A stretch of DNA of 64,000 nucleotides from Octopus vulgaris (taxonomy: Eukaryota). Positions 1 through 10,888 of the stretch are shown here, piece after piece; position 1 is the stretch's first letter; every line of letters starts with the position of its first letter. The DNA lies in NCBI GenBank assembly GCA_951406725.2, contig OX597814.1, positions 67,766,001 through 67,830,000 on the forward strand. Direction: 5' to 3'. A model generated the notes under the pieces. It was not told the origin of the DNA. It saw nothing but the letters and a program-made list of their open reading frames with translations, and did not search any database. The position numbers were made by a program, and so were the translations under genes.

Positions 1-129
1 TGTTAGTAGAATAAGACTTCACAGACTATTAGTCTTCAATTGGCTAACTTACACAGTAAAACCAATATATCAAAGGATGAATGATGTCATAACAGAGCCT
101 CTTCTTAGATTGTTGAGAAAGCAGCAATC

Positions 130-700
130 ACTAAAAGGTCTACTGTAGATAGTAAAAAGAGAAGTGGGTGCAACCATTTCTCCAGGTAGTTATTTGATGT
201 TGTTATCTAATAGGAGTTCAAATAGGGGTATATCTAAATCTCTCCTTTACTGTGCAGCATAGACCCAGATATATAAGGAGAGCATGCTCATTCGGGATCA
301 GCTTAGGTTTTCAGTGCTGACTTCAGTTGGTGAAAGAAATGTTCCATTTTATTGTTAGATAGTAAGTAGTAAGCAACAGTATGATTTTGATTGCATCCTA
401 GTGATCATGTTAGATAGATTTTAACTATCATCCTCTATCAGTTGTGATGGTTGATGGTGTACTGTATTTGGAAATCCTGTGCTAAATAAAATCCTTAGTA
501 ATCAGCTAGTAAGTAGTAGCATAGCATCTGACTATCTGGTATACTTGTTGATACAACCAAACAGGTCTGTGTCCATATGAAAGAGGAAGTGGTTCTGTGA
601 GATCAACATATATGCTCAAATTTTGCATCTATTGAAGCAAAAATACCTAACAGTGCCTCAAAATGCTGTAGTATCTTTGCTTCCTCACATGTGATGCTTT
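130..700 (-). mobile_element. Degenerate Ty3/Gypsy integrase remnant
   Basis: Manual minus-strand translation gives broken integrase-like motifs: CINKYTR*SDA (cf. CIDRFTRWPEA), ISKYSTPSTITTDRG, HTVAYY..NNKMEHF.HQLKSALK, LPGE. Many stops and frameshifts. Confidence 0.55.
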
Positions 701-1015
701 TCCTGACCTACTCTGGAATATCTTTGTTGATACTTGTCCGGATGAAACATGCTGATATCAATTTCCAAGTAGGTAGTATTGATAGTGTGAAACCAACAAC
801 AGATTGCAGTGAAAACAATGCAATAGTATCTTTCAGGTACAACAGAAAATTTGTGACCAGTAGGTACATCATAGCAAAAATTATCCTAATTACTAAATTT
901 TTTTCTAAATACTTTCTACTAAGAAGAGCATGTATTTCTGATTTTCTTTGTTCCAAACTTTTAGATGGATAGAAATGTCTAGAAAGTCACAAATATTTTA
1001 AACTGTCTCTTTTAA

Positions 1016-1079
<64 letters not shown>

Positions 1080-1699
1080 AATAGTGCTTTGAAGTTATGA
1101 ATTTTGCAAGTGAACAATACATATAAATAATCAGTATGACCTTGGGTATGATAGCTAAAATAAATGGAAGAACTAAGTCTCTTGTTAACCACAGCCACCT
1201 TGAACTGGTCTCAGTTGCTATGGCTATCTGGTGTTTTTCTTCTGTTGTTTGGGTTTCAAACCAATCTTCTGCATAAAATAGTGCACCAATCTTGTTAGGA
1301 AACCATGGCGGGTGAATTCAATAATGAACAAAGTGGTATGAAATCCTTTGACAAGAGCCTTGCTGATCAAGTCTTGATATCCAGCTTTCCTCAATTAGTG
1401 AGAGATGTGAAATCTGTTGTCACAAAACACTATGACTTTAGCCAAGATGGATCGTTTTTGTGCTCCTAAATAAATGAAACTTGTGAGGGTATAGGAAAGT
1501 TATATCTAAGAGCATTGTCCATCATAGGTAAAGCCATATAAGAACAAGACACATGAAAAAGATAAAGTTGTGTTTATTCAGCCATGTGGAAAAATGTTCA
1601 AAGGCTGTTAATGATGGTGGTAGTAGTTGTCATCTGTTAAAATAAGCTGTTGAAATTATATTTTGATTCAAACTGTTTTTGTTTTTTTTATCTTTTCAG

Positions 1700-2335
1700 G
1701 AAGAATTCAAGCATTATCAAGATTCTATGAAGAAAGAGCTAGAAGATGTTGTCAAGAAGCAGCATCAACTAGAATCATCAAATGCTATATTACAAGATAA
1801 AGCATGTGATGTGAAAAATAGTCTGCTGAATTTGGACCTCAGTGAACAAGAATACTATGAACTACGAAGCCAGAAGGAGGAAGACTGGTCTTTACGAGAA
1901 TATGTTAGCATTAAACTTTATGAAAAACTTTTTCCTCTACAAAATGAAGTGAAAACATTGAAGTCAGAAACTATCAGTTCTGAAAGAGAGATAAAAACTT
2001 TAACAAACAAATTATCTGATTTACAAAAAAGGTTAGATGGGGAACGCATTGCCCATGGAGAACTAAGGATAAAATATCAGAAAATTAGTCTACAGCTCTC
2101 TGAGAATCAAACCAAAATTAAAACTGATTTGTATAAAATAAACAATTTTGATCATATCAAGAGTGACCGAGATAACCTGCAGCATGACCAAACTGAACTA
2201 CAGCGCCATAACCTGGTGTTGGAGGCATCACTTGCTAATGTCCAAAAAGAACGTGATGATTTAAACAGACAGCTAGGTTGCTGCAAACAAGAGATTTCTT
2301 TACTTCAGCAAGACAAAACTTATCTGTCTCGCCAG
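1700..2335 (+). CDS. PIBF1: PIBF1/CEP90 (progesterone-induced blocking factor 1, centriolar coiled-coil protein), internal coding exon
   Basis: ORF 1679-2359 matches PIBF1 from memory (SLREYVSIKLYE ~ SIPEYVSVRFYE; LLQQDKTYLSRQ ~ LLQKDKEYLNRQ). Acceptor ttttcAG ends at 1699 and donor CAG|GTTAGT starts at 2336. 636 bp, phase 0/0. Upstream exons lie outside the window. Confidence 0.93.
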
Positions 2336-3236
2336 GTTAGTTTATTTTATATCATTTAAATTTAATTTCAGTTTTGTTTTATATCTATTAACCCTTCTCC
2401 ACTTTCAAAATAGTTAAGTGTTTGATAAAATTGGATATTTTGTTAAACAGGTTGGTATCATTATTCAATGTCAGCATGGTTACATTGATTTTAACAAATT
2501 TTCACATTTATATATTGTTTGAGTAGTTGTCAAATCACTCGAGTGTAAATTCTATTTTTTAGCCAGACAGTGCGAGATCAACAAAGTTATGTCCCTTACG
2601 AAAGAATTCAACACAATGACTATTTGTAGGACTTTGAATCATATTTTAGTATCCGCCATCCAAATGAAATTAGTGTGACGTTCTCTCATTTTTAAATTAC
2701 TTATCTTAAAATTCATTCATGTTTATATCCCACTTCAACTAGTCTTTTGATCCACACTGAATGTCCCCTATATAACAAAGTATCCATTACGAACAGCCAT
2801 GATAGTTCTTAAAAGTTTGATTTTGTACAAGATACTGTAGCTGAATGTTTAGTGATCCAATTTTAATCAGCATTAACAAATCCTGGTAAAAATTCTTCTC
2901 TGAGTGGAGAAAGAAAAGGCAATACCTACTTTTAATATTAGATTCCTTAGTTACTTCATATGATATGTATATTGTAGTTTGATACTCATAAAGTATTGTT
3001 AAATTGCAGCTCAAGCACTCAATTATAAATGCATTGCATCTCATAGTAGAAACAGCTGTAAGTTAATGAAGTTCGTAGCATTATATGTATATAATATATT
3101 CCTTTGTCATCCCATTTCTTATTATCGCTCAGTACCTGACTAATGCTTTGTTCTGAAGCATACATATATATTGAGTTCTAACACCGAGTTATTAGTATTG
3201 TTATGCCTCAGCAATATAGATATGTATATATATCAT

Positions 3237-3797
3237 GTAAAAAGCACCATTCAAGTGTGACTGATGCTAGTGCCACCTAACTGGTACCCATGCCAGTGGC
3301 ACATAAAAACACCCTTTGAGTGTGACTGATGCCAGTGCTGCCTGACTGGCTTTCATGCTGGTGGCACATAAAAAGCATCCACTAAACTCTTGGAGAGGTT
3401 GGCATTAGGAAGGGCATCCAGCTGTAAAAGCCTCGCCAAATCAGATTGGATTCTGGTGCAGCTTTCTGGCTTGCCATTCCTCAATCAAAGCATCCAACCC
3501 ATGCCAGCATAGATAGCAGGCGTTAAACAACAATGATGATGATGATGATGTATATATATATAAATATATATACACATTGACAAAACATATCTCGCCAGTG
3601 CTGGTGTCACATAAAAATGCGTTCAGTCCACTATGTAAGGTGGTTGGTGTTAGGAAGGGCATCCAGCCATAAAAACCATGCTAAAACAGACAGTGAAGCT
3701 TGGTTTAGTCTTCTGCCTAGCCAGCTCCTGTCAAACTGTTCAACCTATACTATGCCAACATAGAAACACAGACATCAAATGATGATGATGGATGATG
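3237..3797 (+). mobile_element. Two tandem RTE 3'-end/SINE-like repeats with (GAT)n tails
   Basis: Shared motif GGTTGGYRTTAGGAAGGGCATCCAGC...CCAACCCATGCCAGCAT...TAAA..(GAT)n. Other copies at ~19727-19950 (-), ~22910-23210 (+) and ~35340-35500 (-). Confidence 0.7.
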
Positions 3798-4085
3798 GCA
3801 TATAATTGTTAACAGTATCTAGTACTCAACTGCAGATTCCAACCAAATGATCCATGGACTACAATAAAAGTCCCCGTAATGCTTTTCATTTAGCCATATG
3901 AGAATACATATGGAGTTCTAAACACTGGTTATTTGTTATACATTTTAAATTTTAAATTATCATTTGGTTTTACATCTATTTTTCCATGCTACCGTGGGTT
4001 TGATGGTTATATTATTGAGGATCTTTTATTTTATATATCTTTAAAAGTAAAAAGCGAGTGAACAAGTTGTTGAAAGGAGAAATGA

Positions 4086-4465
4086 CAAGTTTATGCCAAA
4101 ACTGCTTTCAGCTGACCAAAACGACACTCGGGTTTCAGTTGCACAAGATCTTCTTGATTGTGTTGAGAATGTTGAAAACTTTTTGAAAACTTTGCATGGG
4201 CTTCTGAGCAGGTATCGCCAAGCTTTTGGCAAAACTTGATGCAGATTCTCTGCTCAACTTTCTCTGTCATGGTCAATGCGATGTACACATGCTACACACC
4301 TTCCTTCCAAGCACTACTGTAAACAGCGGAAGTTAGCTAGAATGTTAAAACTTAGTGTGCATGCACAGCAAAGTTTAAGGTCAATCTGTACCAAACGGCT
4401 TCACTCTGCATGCTTTAGCTTCATTACTATGGCAACAGTCTGGATACTTATTGATCAGATCATGT
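4086..4465 (-). mobile_element. Rearranged mariner transposon fragment
   Basis: Minus-strand N-terminus MTEKVEQRICIKFCQKLG with a TIR-like end at ~4465. An adjacent + strand piece reads KFMPKLLSADQNDTRVSVAQDLL..ENFLK (WVPRLL-like linker). Confidence 0.65.
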
Positions 4466-4466
4466 A

Positions 4467-4505
<39 letters not shown>

Positions 4506-4515
4506 GTATGTATAT

Positions 4516-5606
4516 ATAAATGAAAACTGCATTAAATGTTACAAAACATAGGGCAGACACTGAAGGATCCTAATTCTTCATCAGTTATTGACCAAAATTC
4601 TAATACTCAGTTTCATGCCTTTAACAATAAGACTAACAACTTAGTATATTGGTGGCACCCGCATAATTTGCGGAGAGTTTGGGCTCGAGCAAACAAAACA
4701 ATACAGGGTGGACATACAAAAGTAATGTAATTTGAAACAATAGATGAAGACGGAATAAATACAGCCTTTCAGCCAAACATGAGAATGATGGGTAATGCCT
4801 AGACGAAATCCTGAATGGATATAGAAAGAGAAATAGCCAGACAGGAGAAAAATGTTGATCAACAAGCTAAGTGTCTGGTGGTGAAAAGGCTGAGAGATAA
4901 GAAACTTAGTTACAAGTCACATATGGGTAGTAGATAGAAGGGAAGAAGGATGAGTGAGAGGGAGATAGACAGCAGTAGAGAGAACAGGGAAGGAAGGAAG
5001 GGAGGAAAGAAGGAAGAGAGAAAGTCTACAATTATGAGTGAGAAGCTGAGAAAGAGGGAGAGGGGAAGTTGGGATGCTAGAAAAGGAATATGAAGATGAG
5101 AGAGAAAGAAAGGAAGAAGATAGTCACAAAAAATATATAAAAACTTAATGTTAACAAAAGTTGGAATGCGTGACATTTAGTTACTCAATAAATGAAAAAT
5201 GCATGAAATACTACAAAATGTACAAGACAGACACAGAAGGACATAATTTCTTCATCAGTTATCAACCAAAATACTGATACTCAGTTCTATGCCTTTAATG
5301 ATAAGACTGAGAACTGCGTATATTGGCAGCACCCACAAAATTTGCAGAGAATTAGGCCTGAAGCAAACAAAGCAGATGTACAAAAGTAAAGAAATGTAAT
5401 TTGAAATGATAGATGAAGATGGAATAAATACAGCCTTTTCAGCCAAACACAAAAATGATGGGTAATGCCTAGAAGAAATCCTGAATGGATATAGAAAGAG
5501 AAATAGCAGGAGAGGAGAAAAATGTTGACTGGCAAGCTAAGTGTTCAATGGCAAAAAGCAGGCAGATGAGAAAATTAGTCACAGGTCACATGTGGGCAGT
5601 AGATAG
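4516..5606. repeat. Diverged ~420 bp direct repeat (4516-4937 and 5188-5606), partial tandem of an unclassified element
   Basis: Colinear blocks at ~672 bp offset, e.g. TTCTTCATCAGTTAT and GGGTAATGCCTAGAmGAAATCCTGAATGGATATAGAAAGAGAAATAGC. Confidence 0.8.
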
Positions 5607-5812
5607 CAGAGAAGAGAGAGATCACTAGCTATTAAACCTTTTTTTATTTTCTCTCACTGTTTATTTTTGTCTTCCTTTGTGTCGAAGAGTGTAGGCTCAA
5701 AATGTAAAAGACTTTCTCACTTCCCAAGTGATAAACTAATACCTCTGTTTGTTGTTTACACACCCATCTTCATCTTTTGTTTTTTTGTAAATTCTCACTA
5801 TATATATATAAA

Positions 5813-7109
5813 ATTTAACACACTCACCAGTAAAATTTCCACTCATTTACTTATTTATTTTTCTAAAATTTTCATTGCATCTTGCAACCTTTTCAATAGT
5901 TGTTGACTCTGTCTATTATTGAAGCTATGTTCTTTTTGTTTGTGCACATGTGTGTGGGTCAGTGTGTGTGTGCATGCATATGTATGTATGTAGGTATGAG
6001 GATATGATATCTACTACGTATATTTCCTATTTAGTACTGGGGATGTTTCATTTATGAGGACGTACTCCTGTATTTGTCTGAGAGTTGGGTCTTTTGTGTG
6101 CTTGGATAAAATGCAGATGTCAAGTTGACCCAGGTTGCATCTGTATTGGTCCTTGGCATGTTGGTAGAGTATGGAGGACTGTTTTTTGTCATATTGTCTC
6201 AAATATTCATTTAGTCGTTCTGCAATGTTCCTAGATGTCTCCCCTATGTATGTCATGTTCATGTCTTTACAAGCACCTTCTATGCATTTTATGCTGTCAA
6301 CTACATTTCTAGTTCTACAGTTAATGCCAGAGCTAATCCTACATACCATGCAGCTATCATTGGTGCATATATTCTACTCTACAGGTAGAGTAGAATAGTT
6401 AGTGGGCTGTTATGTAGATAGATGTGTTTATGTGTGAGTGTGGATGTGTGTATATGTGTATATGTATATGCACAGGTATGTAGGCATATGGATATGAATG
6501 TAAACGGATATACATACAGACAGATATGTACATAGGTTATATGAACAGACAAGCACACACACACACACACACACACAAATGAAGACTGAAACACATGGTC
6601 ATATATATGCACACACCTCACTTCATACAAGTTCACATATGGAAACACAGGTCTACACATATGGAGATATACATTCATACGGACAGACACAGTACATAGT
6701 CACAAAAACACATACACACACACACACACTCAGACATGCATACACACTCAGACATGCATACACAAGGAGACAGAGGTACGCACACACACACATGCAAACA
6801 CATACACACACATAAACACATGAATATGCAGGGAGAATACCTATGAACATACACACATACATATATACATGCACACACACACACACACATACAAACATGC
6901 ATACACATGCATACATACGTACATACATACATACATTCATGTGTATGCGCACACACACTGACCCACACACATGCACACAAACAAACAAAAAGAATGCAGC
7001 TTCAATAACAGACAGTCAACAACTATTGAAAAGATTGCAAGACACAACAAAAATTTTAGAAAAATAAATAAATAAATGAGTGGAAACTTTACTGGTGAGT
7101 GTGTTAAAT
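5813..7109 (-). mobile_element. Penelope-like element remnant: GIY-YIG endonuclease fragment between ~170 bp inverted terminal repeats carrying minimal HHRs
   Basis: ORF 6014-6349 (-) reads NCRTRNVV..IKC...YIGETSRNIAERLNE...QH...DPTLRQIQE..I...PVLN, a PLE-type GIY-YIG. 5813-~5980 is the reverse complement of ~6940-7109. Confidence 0.8.
5863..5899 (-). ncRNA. Minimal hammerhead ribozyme motif, U3-A8 variant
   Basis: Minus strand: cua UUGAAAA g guugca-aga-ugcaau GAAA au UU uag. A degenerate mirror copy lies at ~7023-7059 (+). Confidence 0.6.
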
Positions 7110-7294
7110 AATAAGGCACTAAAAGAGAATGACTCTCCACAGATACAACAGAATATGCTTCAACATGATCTCAAAGAATCTTGCAAACCAAATCCCAAAA
7201 TGAAATATATATATATATAAACTTACTTGAAAATAGATGCATGGCATTCAATTTATTAATAATATATATACATATATACATATTTATATATAAC

Positions 7295-7650
7295 AGCTCA
7301 GCTACTGGCGAGAAGACGGGAGAGATATGCAGTAATATACATCTGGAAGATCCTGGAAGGAATTGTGCCAAAATTTGGCATTGAAAGCTACACCAATGCC
7401 AGAACGGGACGACACTGCATAGTGCCAAAGATCCCAGCAATGCCATCATGCTTCAGGACCAGTTACTGCAACAGCCTGGGTTTCAAAGGACCACAGCTTT
7501 TTAATATTCTTCCAAAGAATCTGAGGAACTTGCACAAAGTAGATGTAGGGGTTTTTAAATAAAAGCTGGACCTCTTCCTGTCGAGAGTCCCAGATGAGCT
7601 TACCTCACAGCAAGAGGTGCAAATGAGGGTAGCTATATCAAACTCCATTC
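7295..7650 (+). mobile_element. CR1/L2-group LINE 3' fragment
   Basis: RRRERYAVIYIWKILEGIVP...NSLGFKGPQLFNILPKNLRN...FK*KLDLFLSRVPDE, a typical CR1-group ORF2 C-terminus. Confidence 0.7.
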
Positions 7651-7729
7651 TTCATCAAGTGCCACATATTAGAGGAGGCTCTTAGTAATAACAGTGTAGT
7701 GCAAAATGGCGGTGTATCAGCTGAAACTC

Positions 7730-7788
<59 letters not shown>

Positions 7789-7800
7789 TCACACACAGAG

Positions 7801-8088
7801 TTGCAGCGGGGGAGATGTTTGTAAGCCATTCAAGAACACACAAAAACCATTAGTTTCACTTCAACATGTAAATTTCATTTGTGTCAAAATATTTTCATTG
7901 CTTTAAAACCGTGACCTGTTCACTGACAAAACTTCATGCTGATCTCTGTCTGTGAAGTTTTGTCAGAGAACAGGTCACAGTTTCAAAGTCAGGAAAATAT
8001 TTTCACACAAATGAAATTTAAATGTTGAAGTGAAACTAATGGTTTTTGTGTATTCTTGAATGGCTTACAAACATCTCCCCTGCTGCAA
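7801..8088. repeat. ~290 bp near-perfect foldback element with an HHR-like motif in each arm
   Basis: Arms 7801-7936 and 7953-8088 are reverse complements around a 16 bp loop. Confidence 0.9.
7882..7928 (-). ncRNA. Minimal hammerhead motif, G3-C8 variant (stem II decayed)
   Basis: Minus strand: uguca GUGAACA g gucac-gguuuuaaa-gcaau GAAA auau UU ugaca. Perfect 5 bp stem I and palindromic AAAAUAUUUU. Confidence 0.5.
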
Positions 8089-8570
8089 TTGTTTTTGTTT
8101 CAGCATACGATCTCAGATCAAGTCATAAATTAAGAAATGGAGTTAAATGCATGTGTTATTCAAATCTTTATACTTCCAACATAGGTTTCAAAGGAAACAT
8201 TGGTATTATTCCTGAGGTAATAAAACAATGTAAAACAATGTAATCATCTCGTCAGGAAAAAAAAAAAAAAAATAAAACACATCAATAAGCCATTTTATCC
8301 AAATGTGATTTCTGCATATATGATGAAGGGAACACTGGCAAGTTATTTTAAAAAAAAAAACCTTTAATAGATTTAACATCAAAGCAATTTAGAGAAAGAG
8401 AAGGAGGAGAAAAAGAGAAATTGACAGAAAATTAAGATTGGAGAAATATAGTGCGATAGACGAATGGAAATAAAGCTCAAAGGCATGTAAATAGATATAT
8501 GTAGTGGAATGAATTGAAATGTAAGAGGACAGTCAAAAGTCAAATTTTATAGATTGGTAGAAGCTACTTA

Positions 8571-8825
8571 TATTGGGTTGGTACATAATTATTGTGGCTT
8601 TTTTTCAACAAATTTTATTCAACAGAAACAATAACAACATGCAGTAAAAACATCTTTAAATGATTATTCCAGAGCATATTCACCACCTACTTCAATTACT
8701 GCTTTCCATTTGCTTGACAGATGGTCAGACCATCATTTAAAGATATTTTTGTTAAATATTGTTATTGTTTTTGTTGAATAAAATTTGTTAAAAAAAAGCC
8801 GCAATAATTATGCACCAGCTCAATA
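8571..8825. mobile_element. Mariner-type MITE
   Basis: TA-flanked TTGGGTTGGTACATAATTATTG.../...CAATAATTATGCACCAGCTCAA with ~100 bp imperfect inverted arms. Confidence 0.75.
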
Positions 8826-10068
8826 GGAACCAAAAGTATGTTTTTGCCAATGTTTGCAACAATAAACACATTCTTTAAAAGTGTTTACAAGAGAATTGTT
8901 TGAGAACAATGAGATACTGTTCTTCAGTACAGAGTGGACAAAAGGATTTACCTTTATCTATGATAAAGGTAAATCCTTTTATTGAACCTGGTCACAGTTC
9001 CTTTATTTTCGTTCAGCATCTAGCAGTCGTGTTAGAGGTGCCCTGTGTCAAAAAATATTCATAGCAGATGTTCTCTTGACATTGTTCATATATGCTTGAC
9101 TCGGGCTCAGAAGTTACAGCCCGAGTTGTTATCTATAATCGTAAAAATTAGAAGTAATTCAAATTTAATGTTTTCTTGAAACAATAAATTTCCATAGAGA
9201 TTAGGATTTAAATTCCAATCTATGAAAAGTTTCCATTCTACAATATTCTTAAAGGAACGCAAAATTATCCAGCAACTCTGGCTAATACGAAGGAACCTGG
9301 TAGGTATAAAAGGCTAACTGGCATCTCTTATCAAGAGTACAAGCAACAGTCAGATCATTGATGTTTGTCATGCACTCCACTTTCGTTATTTGATTGGTGT
9401 TGTTCTGTGTGTAAAGATCAGTTGAGTTTTGCAGGGCTGCTATATTTTTCCCTTAACTTAGAAATGGAGAAAGACATAGTGCTAGATATAAAAAATAAGC
9501 CATTTGGGGCTAGAAATATTACAACAAAATCTGTCTTATGCAAAATCTGTGATGAGCTCGAGTGATAAAATTTGTGATAAGCCTGAGTGACGCTGATCAC
9601 CTGGAGTCGCCTCTAATATAATCTTAATAATACTAAAATGCTAGGGATGTAACCAAAATATCTCAGAAATAGTATATTTTATCTTAATATTTTTTTGCAT
9701 ATTTATTTTCATACTTACCTTCAGCAGTGCAGTAAAAATTTTTGTGACATTTCGACCTTTATTTATTAATGAAAATGAGTAAACAGAAATTTTGTAAACA
9801 CACATACAGAATACACACACACATAATGAATGTCATGGCGGGGCAATCAACACAAACACATGTCTGCTATCTGTGACATATACACATACAGTTTTCGCAC
9901 TCTCTAAGGAAAAAAGTTGACTTTTTGATATGCACAATATTTTAATCGTTTACAAATGTTTTTAACTGAATGTGATTTCAAAAATGTAAGCTGTTTGTAG
10001 AGTAAGTATTTATATCTTAGCTTTCTTTAAACAGACAATATTTTAGTTTGTTTTTTTTTATTTTCAAG

Positions 10069-10450
10069 TTGTTAATTTCTGTAAAATTTATTTATTTATT
10101 TGCTTTTGTTTAAAACTGAAAGAGAGGACAAAGTGAAAGATGTATGTAGGGATATATAAAATGGACTTGTGTGTGAAAGTGAGAGAGAAAAAGAGAGAAA
10201 GAGAGAGAGTGAAGGGGGTGTGTTGTTATGTATATGTACATACATCAATACATTTGCATACATCTTTTTATGTACGTGTGCACATGTATGTGTGAGAGAG
10301 AGTGAGTGAACATGTGCATTCTCATGTATGTGCAAGTGGCGCTCTCTCTCTTTCTCACACACACATACACATTCATAAATTTTTCACTTTCTCCTCTCTT
10401 TCACTTTAAAACAAAAGTGAATAAATAAAGTTTATTATGGAAATTAACAA
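10069..10450. repeat. Imperfect inverted repeat (~70 bp arms) around microsatellite-rich interior
   Basis: TTGTTAATTTC...CTTTTGTTTAAAACTGAAAGAGAGGA.AAAGTGAAA at 10069-10140 mirrors 10380-10450. Confidence 0.55.
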
Positions 10451-10888
10451 ACAGAGCCAGCTGATATGGATGATGGTTCCGTGAGTCAAAGCAAAAGATT
10501 GCCCCAAGGCAAAAATTTTTTCATTCTCAGCTCCAAAGATTTGGCTGCTATTCCTAGCTCACCCTGCTACCATGTAACTGCTATTTCTGATAAATGGCCC
10601 AAAATGGCCAAATCTTTCCTTTTCTAGGGAAAGGAGCCGTTTATGCCTGATTTTGATGTCAGATTCATTGAAAACATACTAAATAACCTGGAAAAGAAAA
10701 AGACCCATGAAACAAAACTCCGTTGCCAAGAAAGTCATACTTTCCTAGTGATCCAATGGATCAAGGGTAGTCTAGTTTATATGTATGTATGTATATATGT
10801 GTGTATGCATGTATGTATGTATATATGTGTGTATGTATATATGTATGTATATATGTATGTATGTATATATATATATATGTATGTATGT

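Noticed and set aside
4560-4630. CUGAUGA and GAAA on the minus strand of the 420 bp direct repeat
   Set aside because: The order and flanking stems do not form a hammerhead.
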